A DNA stretch of 64,000 nt, from contig OZ219858.1 of NCBI GenBank assembly GCA_964291395.2, forward strand, positions 704,001-768,000. The letters run 5' to 3'. This document shows positions 50,416 to 61,026 of the stretch, piece after piece. The position numbers were made by a program, and so were the translations under genes. The notes under the pieces were generated by a model that saw nothing but the letters and a program-made list of their open reading frames with translations, had not been told where the DNA came from and searched no databases. Every line of letters begins with the position of its first letter. The first letter of the stretch is position 1. This stretch comes from Alphaproteobacteria bacterium (GTDB taxonomy: Bacteria; Pseudomonadota; Alphaproteobacteria; UBA2966).

Positions 50416-51543
50416 ATGCCGTCCATGACTCCCTTCCGCATGGGCCACGCGGCATCGTCCGATTGGCACGGCGCTCTGCGGAGAGCGCTCATCATGGCGG
50501 ACATCCCGCGTGATCAGGCGAATGTTGGCTTTCTCTATGTCACGGATCATTTCGCCGACGACGTCCAGGACATCCAGGTCGAACTGCAGACCCGAACGGG
50601 AATCGAAACCTGGGTCGGCACGACAGGAATCGGGATATGTGCCACGGGCATCGAGTACTTCGATGAGCCCGCCCTTGCGCTTCTCGTTTGCTCGATCCCG
50701 GGTGAAGCGATTCATTTGCTCGATACGGGTTCGGATGCACCCGACGAGGCGTCGGCGAAGCTGGCGGGCGCGTTGGGAACGCGCGAAGGGCGGTTCGGCC
50801 TCGTGCACGCCGATCCTCACAATGCCGATCTGGGCGAATTGATCCCGGCGGTCGTCGAGGCCACAGGGGCTTTCCTTGTCGGGGGCCTGACATCGTCACG
50901 CGGCGCTCATCCGCAGCTCGCGGGCACGGTGACCGCGGGCGGCGTATCGGGTGTGCTGTTCGAACCGGACGTCGCCGTCGCGACGGGACTGACCCAAGGA
51001 TGTACCCCTATCGGTCCGGTACACGAGGTGACCGACTGTCAGGAGAACATCATCGTTACGCTGGATGAACGGCCCGCTCTCGAAGTTCTGAAGGAGGATA
51101 TCGGAGAAGTTCTGGCGCGTGATCTCCGGCGCATCGGCGGCTACATCTATGTGGCCTTTCCCGTAAGCGGGGCGGACCGGCCCGACTATCTCGTCCGCAA
51201 TATCCTCGCCGTCGATCCGGCCGCTCACGTGTTTGCCGTTGGCGCCGTTGTCGACAAGGGAGACACCATCATGATCTGCCGCCGAGACGGGCAGGCGGCA
51301 CATCTGGATCTCACGCGGATGCTCGAGGATCTCGGCCAGCGGGTCGGCGAATCACGGCCACGGGGCGGCATCTATCACTCCTGCTTGGCACGCGGGCCAA
51401 ATCTGTTCGGTTCTAACTCGGAAGAGCTTCGAACCATTCAGGACGCGCTCGGCGATGTGCCCCTCGTCGGCATGTTTTGCAACGGTGAGATCAGCCATCA
51501 GCGGCTGTACGGATATACCGGCGTCCTCTCGCTGTTCCTCTAG
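50416..51543 (+). CDS. FIST N/C domain protein
   Basis: WVGTTGIG, TQGCTPIG, YLVRN, SCLARG, GMFCNGEI, LYGYTGV. Confidence 0.88.
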   Translation: MPSMTPFRMGHAASSDWHGALRRALIMADIPRDQANVGFLYVTDHFADDVQDIQVELQTRTGIETWVGTTGIGICATGIEYFDEPALALLVCSIPGEAIHLLDTGSDAPDEASAKLAGALGTREGRFGLVHADPHNADLGELIPAVVEATGAFLVGGLTSSRGAHPQLAGTVTAGGVSGVLFEPDVAVATGLTQGCTPIGPVHEVTDCQENIIVTLDERPALEVLKEDIGEVLARDLRRIGGYIYVAFPVSGADRPDYLVRNILAVDPAAHVFAVGAVVDKGDTIMICRRDGQAAHLDLTRMLEDLGQRVGESRPRGGIYHSCLARGPNLFGSNSEELRTIQDALGDVPLVGMFCNGEISHQRLYGYTGVLSLFL

Positions 51544-51580
51544 TCGATGCTCCCGGTGGACCGCCGCGCCTGGGCCTTCG

Positions 51581-52561
51581 TCATGGAATCAAGACGCTGG
51601 AGCCGATGGTCTTGCGCGCTTCCAAGTCGGCGTGGGCGCGGGACGCTTCGTGCAGCGGATAGGTCTGATTGATTTCGATCTTGACCGCGCCGCTCTCGAT
51701 GACGTCGAACAAATCCCGCGCGGCGCCGAGAAGAGCTTCGCGCGTCTCGATGTATTGGTGCAAGCGCGCCCAGGTGAAGAACAGCGATTCGGGGGCGAAG
51801 ATCTTGCCGAGCTGTACCGGTTCGACATGACCGGACACGTTACCGAAACTGACAAGCATCCCGCGTGGCGCCAGCGCGCGGATGGATTCATTGAAAGTAG
51901 CCTGGCCGATGGAGTCGTAGACCACGGGGACGCCGCGACCATCGGTCAAGTCCCGGGCCAGTCCCGCGACGTCATCCTTGCCGTGAATGAGGACATGGTC
52001 CGCACCGTGGGCCAGCGCGGTCTCGGCCTTGGCCTCGCTGCCCACAGTGCCGATGGTCGTAACGCCCAAATGCTTGAGCCATTGACAGGCGATGAGCCCC
52101 ACACCGCCGGCGGCGGCGTGGAACACGACGACCTGACCGGGCTCCACGCGAAAGGTCTGGCGGATCAGGAACTGCACGGTGAGACCCTTGACCAGCGACG
52201 CCGCGGCGACCTTTTCATCGACGGAGTCGGGTAGCGGTACGAGCCGCTCCGCGGCGAGGACGCGTTCGTCGGAGTAAGCCTCGAGGGGCATGGCGGCATA
52301 GGCGATCCGGTCGCCGACCTTCACCTCGGTGACGCCGTCACCGATCTCTTCCACGAGTCCCGCCGCTTCGAGACCGAGACTACACGGGACCGGTGTCGGA
52401 AAATGATGGTCTCCCCGCCGCCGATGCACGTCCGTGAAGTTGAGCCCCACGGCGGCGTGGCGGATACGGGCTTCACCCGGACCGGGAGCGTCCAGATCCC
52501 GCTCCTCCCAGTTCAGAACTTCCGGGCCTCCAGTCTCATTAATCCGCATCCAGTGGCTCAT
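51581..52561 (-). CDS. qor: NADPH:quinone oxidoreductase (zeta-crystallin family)
   Basis: GGPEVL, GLNFTD, HAAAGGVG, YDSIG, FGNVSG. Confidence 0.87.
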   Translation of the reverse strand: MSHWMRINETGGPEVLNWEERDLDAPGPGEARIRHAAVGLNFTDVHRRRGDHHFPTPVPCSLGLEAAGLVEEIGDGVTEVKVGDRIAYAAMPLEAYSDERVLAAERLVPLPDSVDEKVAAASLVKGLTVQFLIRQTFRVEPGQVVVFHAAAGGVGLIACQWLKHLGVTTIGTVGSEAKAETALAHGADHVLIHGKDDVAGLARDLTDGRGVPVVYDSIGQATFNESIRALAPRGMLVSFGNVSGHVEPVQLGKIFAPESLFFTWARLHQYIETREALLGAARDLFDVIESGAVKIEINQTYPLHEASRAHADLEARKTIGSSVLIP

Positions 52562-52594
52562 ACCTTCTCTCTCCCCAGGGAACCGGACGGTGAT

Positions 52595-53665
52595 CTAGGA
52601 TAGTCGCACATCGAACGGCTCTCCCACCTTCTCGCCCGCTTCACGCAGTTCGGCGATGATCTCGGGCGGAATGGGAATCCCGTTCGCCGTCCTCTCCCGC
52701 TCCGTGTCGGCCGCCCGCTGGCCGGGAAGACGGCCGTCCGCGCCCGTCGCCGTCAGATATTGAGAAACCCAGCCTTCGACGTGACGCTCGAAAGTTTCAC
52801 GGCCGACAATGCGCTCTGGGTTTGCCACGAAAAAGAAAGCTCCGACGTGCATGGTGGCACTGCCGATCGCGGGGGCCACACCGCGCATGGTCGGCGCGAA
52901 GGTTCCCGACAGGCTGGCGGCCAAGCATTCGATCATCATGGCAAGCCCGATGCCTTTCGGTCCGCCGACCGGCAGCATGGCACCCAGCAGGGCCTGCTCC
53001 GCGTCCGTGGTTGGTTCGCCGTCGGGGCCTATAGCCCACCCCTCGGGAATGTCCCGGCCGGCCCGGTGCGCCATCAGGACACGGCCACGAGACGTGACGC
53101 AGGTCGCCATGTCAAACAGCAAGGGATCCCGTCCCGGAAGCGGCGTGGCGAAGGATATCGGATTGTTGCCGATCGACCTTCCTTTTGAGCCGGGCAGTGA
53201 CATGACCGGCGACGTCGCCTGCATCAGGACCGACACCATGCCTGCCTCTGCCGCGCGCAACGGAAAGACCCCGACGGCGCCGAGGTGACCGCCATCTCGG
53301 ATGAAGCACGGTACGAAGGCGGTATCACGAGCCAAGTCGATGGCGCGGTCCATGGCCCTGGGGCCCACGACCTGGCCGAGGCCGTCGTTCCCGTCGATGA
53401 CGAGAATGTTGTCGCGGCTCTCGAAGGTGATGTTGGGCGCGGGGTTGATCTCGCCGGCGGCGAACTTCTGGACGTACGTCATGACACGGGTCACGCCGTG
53501 CGTTTCGTATCCGCGGGCGTTGCAGCGGGCCATGACTTCGGCGGCCAACCGCGAGTCGTCATCGGGCATCCCGCAGGCCGCGAATACGCGGGCCAGCCAA
53601 GACGTCAACGCCTGGCGCGGAGCGCGCCGCGGACCGGCCGTTGCGTCGTCGAAAACCGCGGACAT
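52595..53665 (-). CDS. Ldh_2 family oxidoreductase (ComC sulfolactate dehydrogenase-like)
   Basis: GYETHG, HLGAVG, GNNPI, DMAT, GGPKG; directly downstream of an slcC-like gene. Confidence 0.82.
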   Translation of the reverse strand: MSAVFDDATAGPRRAPRQALTSWLARVFAACGMPDDDSRLAAEVMARCNARGYETHGVTRVMTYVQKFAAGEINPAPNITFESRDNILVIDGNDGLGQVVGPRAMDRAIDLARDTAFVPCFIRDGGHLGAVGVFPLRAAEAGMVSVLMQATSPVMSLPGSKGRSIGNNPISFATPLPGRDPLLFDMATCVTSRGRVLMAHRAGRDIPEGWAIGPDGEPTTDAEQALLGAMLPVGGPKGIGLAMMIECLAASLSGTFAPTMRGVAPAIGSATMHVGAFFFVANPERIVGRETFERHVEGWVSQYLTATGADGRLPGQRAADTERERTANGIPIPPEIIAELREAGEKVGEPFDVRLS

Positions 53666-53669
53666 CGAT

Positions 53670-54605
53670 CTAACCTCCCCGACCCAGGGCGTCGCGCACG
53701 GACTCGGCGATCATCAGGCTTGAGCGCAGCAGCGCCTCCTGCGTCAGCCCGGCACAATGGGGGGTCAGAGCCGCGTTGGGGACACCCTCGAACACGTTGC
53801 CTGCCGCCAAAGGTTCCTCCTCGAAGACATCGATGAATGCGTTGCCGATCTCGCCGTTCCTGAGTGCCACCGCCAAGGCCGCGTCGTCGACCACGCCACC
53901 CCGGGCCGTGTTGATGAGCATGGAGTCGGGTTTCATCTTCTTCAGCGCGTCGGCGTCGATGAGATGACGCGTGCCGTCGGTTCGGGGCACGCTCAGGCTG
54001 ACCACGTCGGCCTCGGTCAGCACGCCGTCGAGGGTCGCCGGGGCGACCCCGTACTCTGCCCACAGCGGGTCGTCGTCCTCGATGAACGGGTCGTATGCCA
54101 GTATCCGCATGCCGAACGCCTTCGCCCGTTTGGCAACCTCGCGACCGATGACGCCGAAACCCACCAGCCCAAGTGTCTGGCTCCTGGCTTCGCGACCTAT
54201 CACCTTCCTGCGCGGCCAGTTACCGGCGCGCACGTCCTCGGTTACGCCGTACATGGCCTGCCGAAGCATGACCAGCATGGCGCCCATGACGTACTCCGAG
54301 ACGGACTCCTCGAGCGTCCCGCGCGCCGGCTGGACCTTGACGCTTCGGATTTCGCAGGCACGCACGTCAATGTTGTCGAGCCCCACGCCCAGGCGGCCGA
54401 CGATGATCAGGTTCGGCGCCGAGTCGAGCAGCGGCGGCCGGACTTGGGTGCGATTCCGCACGATGAGACCCCGGCAATCCCCTAGCCGCGCGTAGAGTTC
54501 CTCGGTGCGATTAACCAGATCGGGGTCGTAGTAGACATCGAAGTCTGCAGACAGTCGATCGACTGCCTCTTCGTCGAGGAATTCACTGATGACGATGTCC
54601 GCCAT
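53670..54605 (-). CDS. D-2-hydroxyacid dehydrogenase, SlcC-like
   Basis: DIVISEF-x-DE N-terminus, IVRNRTQV, GRLGVGLDNID, NTARGG, DVFEEEP, TPH. Confidence 0.82.
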   Translation of the reverse strand: MADIVISEFLDEEAVDRLSADFDVYYDPDLVNRTEELYARLGDCRGLIVRNRTQVRPPLLDSAPNLIIVGRLGVGLDNIDVRACEIRSVKVQPARGTLEESVSEYVMGAMLVMLRQAMYGVTEDVRAGNWPRRKVIGREARSQTLGLVGFGVIGREVAKRAKAFGMRILAYDPFIEDDDPLWAEYGVAPATLDGVLTEADVVSLSVPRTDGTRHLIDADALKKMKPDSMLINTARGGVVDDAALAVALRNGEIGNAFIDVFEEEPLAAGNVFEGVPNAALTPHCAGLTQEALLRSSLMIAESVRDALGRGG

Positions 54606-54839
54606 TTGGCCTCCAGTACCTGCGATCCTTGAAATTCGTGCCGTGCGCCCGGCCGGCGGGCATTCAGGAGACCGGAACCGATTCTCCCATGTTTCTCCAA
54701 ATCGGCCACACGCCCCTCATTGCCAGTAACTTACGCGAACCATGCGGCGTGTGCAAAAAAATTTACCAATTCAGTAATTTTGTGGTGATCCGGACGAGCG
54801 ACAAACGTGGGAACGGTACCTGTTCCCGCACCGAGTCCC

Positions 54840-55535
54840 CTAGCCGGCCTCCAGAATGGGCGCCGAACGGGCGTAACCGCCGAACAGATCGAGAAGCCGT
54901 TCGCACCAATCCCGGATGGGGTCAGCCGGCTCGATCACGTCATATCGATTGACGAAGCGCGCGAACAGGAACGTGCCGAACACGATGTAGTCGGCGTAGG
55001 CGGGCGCCTCTCCGCCGAGGTAGGGTTGCGCGCGCAGCGTGGTCCGCAAGGGCTCCAGGCTCTGGCGCCACGGTCCGAGTTTCTCTTCCTTGCCCTGCCG
55101 GTACGCTTCGATCTTTCCGAACCGCTTCTCGCGGTCTTCCCGCCACCAGTCGCGGTCCGCCGGGTCCACGGCCATAAAGGCATCCCACAGGATTATGTTG
55201 ATCAACCCCGGGTTCTGAATCTGCTGGGTCCAGGCGTTGACGAACCGGGCTTCGGCGCGCGCCATGTCGCCGCCAAACAGGCTAGGACGATCCGGATAGG
55301 CGTCTTCCAGGTAACAGGCGATGTCCCACGAGTCGTTCACCCAGTGGTCACCGTCGACCAGGACCGGAATTCGTTCCTGGTTGCTGAAGGTGATGGGAGA
55401 GCGATCGCGGAAAGACACAGGAACCCGCTCGAAGTCGTCGAACCCTTTGTGTTTGAGGGCCAGCAGCGTACGCCAGCAAAAGGGGCTGAATCGCACGTCG
55501 CCGATCCCGTCAAGCTCATACACCGTAATCGTCAT
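54840..55535 (-). CDS. Glutathione S-transferase, LigE/beta-etherase-like subfamily
   Basis: FSPFCWRTLLALKHKG, IPVLVDG, DSWDIACYL, YADYIVFG. Confidence 0.85.
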   Translation of the reverse strand: MTITVYELDGIGDVRFSPFCWRTLLALKHKGFDDFERVPVSFRDRSPITFSNQERIPVLVDGDHWVNDSWDIACYLEDAYPDRPSLFGGDMARAEARFVNAWTQQIQNPGLINIILWDAFMAVDPADRDWWREDREKRFGKIEAYRQGKEEKLGPWRQSLEPLRTTLRAQPYLGGEAPAYADYIVFGTFLFARFVNRYDVIEPADPIRDWCERLLDLFGGYARSAPILEAG

Positions 55536-55595
55536 CGGCTTCTCCCTGTCCCGCCATGGTCATGATCGTGGGTGTCAGTATAGCGGGGCTCTCTA

Positions 55596-56288
55596 TCACA
55601 CGTCGTAACCGGGCTCGTTACGGGCCAGGCCATCGAAGAGATCGAGCATGCGTTCACGCCAGTGATAGACAGGATCGTCACTCTCCAGTAACCGATACGG
55701 GCTGACGCATCTCGCCCACTGGAAATGGCTGAAGACGATGAAGTCGGCGTACGTCGGCGCGCGTCCGCACAGGAAGGGGTGCGTGCGAAGCGAAGCACGC
55801 AAGGGGTCGAGATGGGTCCGAAAGCGGGGCAGCACGCCGTCGCGCCGGGCGTTTATCTCCTCCAACGTACAACCTGCCCGCGCCTCCCGGGATTGGCGGA
55901 AGTAATCGCTGTCCCGCGGGTGTGCGTGCCGCCAGGCGTCGTACACCAGCATCGGGACGAGGTCGCGGGATTGCACCTGATCGCCCCATTCATGGACGAA
56001 ACGGGCATGGGCCCGTGCGACGGGACCATCGAACAGCGCCGGCGTGTTCGGATAGGTCCCGTCGAGATAACAGGCGATGGCCCATGAGTCTGGGAGGATG
56101 GTGCCGCCATCGACGAGAACCGGCATCAAGGTCTGACCAGAGAAAGCCAAACTTTCCTTGTCACTGATTGGAAGGGCGATACGCTCTGCGGCCAAGCCCT
56201 TATGAGCGAGCGCCATCACGATGCGCCACGAATAAGGGCGGTTGCTGAAGGGGCGACGGTGATCGCCCGCAGCTTCATAGAGTTTCAT
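55596..56288 (-). CDS. Glutathione S-transferase, tandem paralog
   Basis: PYSWRIVMALAHKG, PVLVDG, DSWAIACYL, YADFIVF. Confidence 0.85.
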   Translation of the reverse strand: MKLYEAAGDHRRPFSNRPYSWRIVMALAHKGLAAERIALPISDKESLAFSGQTLMPVLVDGGTILPDSWAIACYLDGTYPNTPALFDGPVARAHARFVHEWGDQVQSRDLVPMLVYDAWRHAHPRDSDYFRQSREARAGCTLEEINARRDGVLPRFRTHLDPLRASLRTHPFLCGRAPTYADFIVFSHFQWARCVSPYRLLESDDPVYHWRERMLDLFDGLARNEPGYDV

Positions 56289-56355
56289 GCTTGCACGATC
56301 GAGGTTCTCCGGAACCTACTGCAGTGCTCCGCTGCCGGCAAAAACGAGGCTCAAG

Positions 56356-56432
56356 AAAAAAGGGTCCGATCGCCGTGGGGAGAGGGACAGCCCGATATAG
56401 AGCGGCGATCGGACCCCAGGGAGGCCCAATGA
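56356..56432 (-). ncRNA. Candidate small regulatory RNA with C/U-rich motifs and intrinsic terminator
   Basis: Perfect 14-bp inverted repeat 56362-56375/56403-56416 followed on the minus strand by U6; CCUCCC and CCCUCUCCCC motifs; 5' end is an estimate. Confidence 0.5.
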
Positions 56433-56615
56433 CTGAAAACTTAAGAAAACAATGCGACTGGAACTCGACGGAATAGGGGCGAAATTGGGGCACATAGAAT
56501 CGTCCCGGCATCGCAAGAGACGGCGTCTTCAAGCCACGATCTCCGAGGGGCGGCCCGGGTTTGACGGAGTGCCGCCTTTCTTACACCCTTAGCCGCCCTC
56601 GACGGGAAGAGCGCC

Positions 56616-56762
56616 ATGTCCCGCAAAACCCTTGGACTCGAGCAGCGGCTCCGGAAGTATGTCGTGCGCCGCGGCGCAGGCGGGCCTAAGGTGCCGGTGA
56701 AGGCACGGGAAAAAATCATCAAACTCCTCCTCGACCCGGCACGCGCGCAAGGGATCGCCTGA
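56616..56762 (+). pseudogene. 48-codon ORF resembling the N-terminus of a caffeoyl-CoA/MdmC-type O-methyltransferase
   Basis: MSRKTLGLEQRLRKYVV...AREK...ARAQGIA; purine-rich site upstream and TTGACG at 56561. Confidence 0.45.
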
Positions 56763-56782
56763 GCGATCCGTACACTCTTGCA

Positions 56783-57733
56783 ATGAGCGTCTTTCTCGCC
56801 AAACGGTTCGCCATCTTCGTCGCCACGTTGTTCGGCGCGTCGGTCGTCATCTTCCTGGCACTTGAGATCCTTCCAGGAGACCCTGCCTACGCTATTCTCG
56901 GCGCCGATGCGGAACCCTCGGCCTATGAAGCGTTGCGCCGGGAGTTGGGTCTGGATCGGCCCGCCGTCGACCGCTACTTCAGTTGGGTCGGCGGAATGCT
57001 GACGGGTGACTTCGGCGTGAGCTACACCTACTCCGTGCCCGTTTCCGAACTCGTGGTCGAGCGCCTTGCCCTGACCGTTCCCCTCGCCGTGATCGCCATG
57101 GCGTTGACCGTCGTCGTGGCCGTCGGCCTTGGACTCTACGCGGCCGCCCATCACAACAAGATCGGTGATTGGGGGGTGATGGTGTTCAGCCAGTTCGGTA
57201 TCGCCCTGCCGAACTTCTGGTTCGGCATTCTTCTGATCCTGTTCTTCTCGGTCTATCTGGGCTGGTTTCCGTCGGGCGGATTTCCGGGTTGGGGCGCCGG
57301 GACGTGGCCGGCGCTGAAGTCTCTGCTTCTGCCGGCGGTCGCCCTGGCGACGGTCCAGGCGGCCATCCTGGCGCGGGTCACGCGATCGAGCGTGCTGGAG
57401 ACGATTCGCGAGGACTATGTCCGGACCGCCCGCGCCAAGGGACTGACGCGAACAGCGACTTTGTGGCGCCATGTACTTCGGAATGCGCTCATACCCGTGG
57501 TGACCATCATGGGCCTTCAATTCGCCAACCTGCTCGCGGGCACGATCGTCATCGAGAACGTCTTTTTCCTTCCGGGGTTGGGCCGGCTGGTGTTCCAGGC
57601 TATCGCCAATCGGGATCTGGTCGTCGTCAAGGACGTCGTCCTGTTGCTCGCGGCCATGGTCGTGATCGTCAATTTCGTCGTGGATCTCGCCTACGCGGTG
57701 ATCGACCCGCGGCTCGGAGCGCGCGACGCATGA
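56783..57733 (+). CDS. Dpp/Opp ABC permease B
   Basis: PGDPA, GDFGVS, LPNFW, EDYVRTARAKG, HVLRNALIP, IDPR. Confidence 0.92.
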   Translation: MSVFLAKRFAIFVATLFGASVVIFLALEILPGDPAYAILGADAEPSAYEALRRELGLDRPAVDRYFSWVGGMLTGDFGVSYTYSVPVSELVVERLALTVPLAVIAMALTVVVAVGLGLYAAAHHNKIGDWGVMVFSQFGIALPNFWFGILLILFFSVYLGWFPSGGFPGWGAGTWPALKSLLLPAVALATVQAAILARVTRSSVLETIREDYVRTARAKGLTRTATLWRHVLRNALIPVVTIMGLQFANLLAGTIVIENVFFLPGLGRLVFQAIANRDLVVVKDVVLLLAAMVVIVNFVVDLAYAVIDPRLGARDA

Positions 57734-58602
57734 ACGTCTCCCGACGACCGGGGCTCCTTACCCTTGCGCTGCGTCATAGGAGTTTCCTGCTGGGCAGTGT
57801 TCTCGGCGGCCTCGTCGTGCTGCTTGCGTTGATCTCCCTGGTGTGGACGCCGCACTCGGCTTACGAGCTGGATATCGCCAACAAGCTGAAACCGCCGTCG
57901 CCGGCACACTGGTTGGGCACGGATCACTTTGGCCGGGACGTCACCTCGATGATCATGGTGGGTGCGCAAAACTCCCTGGTCGTAGGCGTCGTCGCGGTGG
58001 GCATCGGGATGGCGGTCGGAGTCTTGCTCGGTCTGTGGGCGTCGGCACAGCGGGGTTGGACCGAAGAACTGGTCATGCGGTTCTCCGATTTTACATTCGC
58101 CTTCCCGGCAATTCTGTCCGCGATCATGATCACCGCGATCCTGGGGCCGGGTGCCGTGAACTCGATTCTCGCCATCGGTATCTTCAACATCCCGGTGTTC
58201 GCGCGCATCACGCGGGGTTCCGCCAACGCCATCTGGGCACGGGAGTTCGTTCTGGCGGCCCGCGCGGCAGGCAAGGGCCGTGCCCGAATTACCCTGGAGC
58301 ATGTGCTGCCCAACATTCTCAGTGCGATCATCGTGCAGGCGACGATCTTCTTCGCCATCGCGATCCTCGCCGAGGCGGCCCTCTCCTACCTTGGACTGGG
58401 AACTCAGCCGCCGCAGCCTAGCTGGGGGCGTATGCTGAACGAGGCTCAGACCTTCCTCTATCTCTCTCCGCACCTCGCCTTGTTTCCCGGTCTGGTCATC
58501 GTGATTTCGGTATTGGGGTTCAACATGTTGGGCGACGGGCTGCGCGACCTCCTGGACCCGCGTCTGTCCCGGACGCGGTTGGCGGGATACTCGTCGCGAT
58601 GA
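57730..58602 (+). CDS. Dpp/Opp ABC permease C
   Basis: HWLGTDHFGRD, HVLPN, EAALSYLGLG, PSWG, GDGLRD. Confidence 0.92.
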   Translation: MNVSRRPGLLTLALRHRSFLLGSVLGGLVVLLALISLVWTPHSAYELDIANKLKPPSPAHWLGTDHFGRDVTSMIMVGAQNSLVVGVVAVGIGMAVGVLLGLWASAQRGWTEELVMRFSDFTFAFPAILSAIMITAILGPGAVNSILAIGIFNIPVFARITRGSANAIWAREFVLAARAAGKGRARITLEHVLPNILSAIIVQATIFFAIAILAEAALSYLGLGTQPPQPSWGRMLNEAQTFLYLSPHLALFPGLVIVISVLGFNMLGDGLRDLLDPRLSRTRLAGYSSR

Positions 58603-59587
58603 GCGTGCTCGAAGTCGATCGTCTTACCGTCGCGCTTCCCTTGGTAGCGGGCTTGGCGCGCGCGGTCCGCGATGTGAGTTTCAGGCTCGAACGCGGCGAA
58701 ACCCTCGGCATCGTCGGAGAGTCAGGATGCGGCAAATCGATGATGGCTCTCGCGTTGATGGGATTGCTGCCGGAGGGAGCCGATCTGCGAGGCGGCATCA
58801 CCCTGAATGGCTGCGATCTTCGAGCCCTCGACGAGAAAGCGATGTGCCGCGTTCGCGGCAACGCCATCGCCATGGTGTTTCAAGAGCCCATGACATCGCT
58901 CAATCCGGTGCACACCATCGGAAAACAAGTCATCGAACCTCTGATGCTGCACTTTGGCCTGGATCGTGACGAAGCCAACGCCGAGGCGCTGTCATTGCTG
59001 GAGCGCGTCGGCCTGGTCGACCCACGGCGATTCTACCGGGCCTATCCGCATCAGCTATCGGGTGGCCAACGCCAGCGCGCGATGATCGCGATGGCCTTGT
59101 CCTGCCATCCTGAGGTGCTGATCGCGGACGAACCGACGACCGCGCTCGACGTGACGATTCAGGGCCAGATTCTCGATTTGATCCGCGACGTCGTCAGCGA
59201 ACGTCAGATGTCACTCATTCTGATTTCCCACGATCTCGGCGTCATCGCCGAGACCGTCGATCGAGTCTTCGTGATGTACGGTGGCGCGGTGGTCGAACAG
59301 GGACCGACGCCGGACGTCTTCGCCAAGCTCGCCCACCCCTATACGCAGGGTCTTTTCGCCGCCGTGCCGCAGGTCGGCGAGGGTCGTCTACGGCTGCGCA
59401 CGATTCCCGGGACGGTGCCCGAGCTCGCCGACCTGCCCGGCGGCTGCACATTCGCCGACCGGTGCTCCCTGGCACATGAGACGTGCCGCTCGCAGGTCCC
59501 CGACATGCGTTCGGTCGGTGAAAATCACTCTGCGGCCTGCCTGCGGCTCGATGCCGCGACGGCATCGTCGTCCTTCGGGTCGCGCCG

Positions 59588-59591
<4 letters not shown>
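58599..59591 (+). CDS. Dpp/Opp ABC ATPase D
   Basis: [30 protein letters not shown]-terminal Cys motif. Confidence 0.93.
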
Positions 59592-60565
<974 letters not shown>

Positions 60566-60653
60566 TATGAAGCTGCTCTTCCTCCTTGTTCCGTCAACGC
60601 CGGGCGTGGCATGCTTTGTGATGGTATGATGACAACTCGGAGGGGCTGTTCAC

Positions 60654-61022
60654 ATGAGCGAGGTCGTTGCCTTCGAAGGGCACAAGCCCGTTCGGCCGAC
60701 GACGAGCGGCCGGGCGGGCAGAGCACCACTCGTCATTTTCAATCGCCACGAGCTCGACGCCATATTGCAGATGTACAGCCGCATGGTGAGAGCGGGAGAG
60801 TGGCGAGACTATTCCATCGAATTCGAACCCGACCGCGCCACCTTCTCGATCTTCCGTCGCACCTCGGAAGGCGCGCTCTACCGCATCGTCAAGACTCGCA
60901 AGGCGTCCCAGCGTCAGGGATCATTTTCGGTGATCTCGGCTGGGGGCCGGATTCTGCGACGCGGCCACGAACTCGGTCCCGTCCTTTCCGCGCTGAACGC
61001 CAAGCGGCTGAAGCTCGTATGA
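60654..61022 (+). CDS. DUF2794 family protein
   Basis: FNRHEL...YSRMVRAGEWRDY...FSIFRR...ILRRGHEL. Confidence 0.85.
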   Translation: MSEVVAFEGHKPVRPTTSGRAGRAPLVIFNRHELDAILQMYSRMVRAGEWRDYSIEFEPDRATFSIFRRTSEGALYRIVKTRKASQRQGSFSVISAGGRILRRGHELGPVLSALNAKRLKLV

Positions 61023-61026
61023 GATT

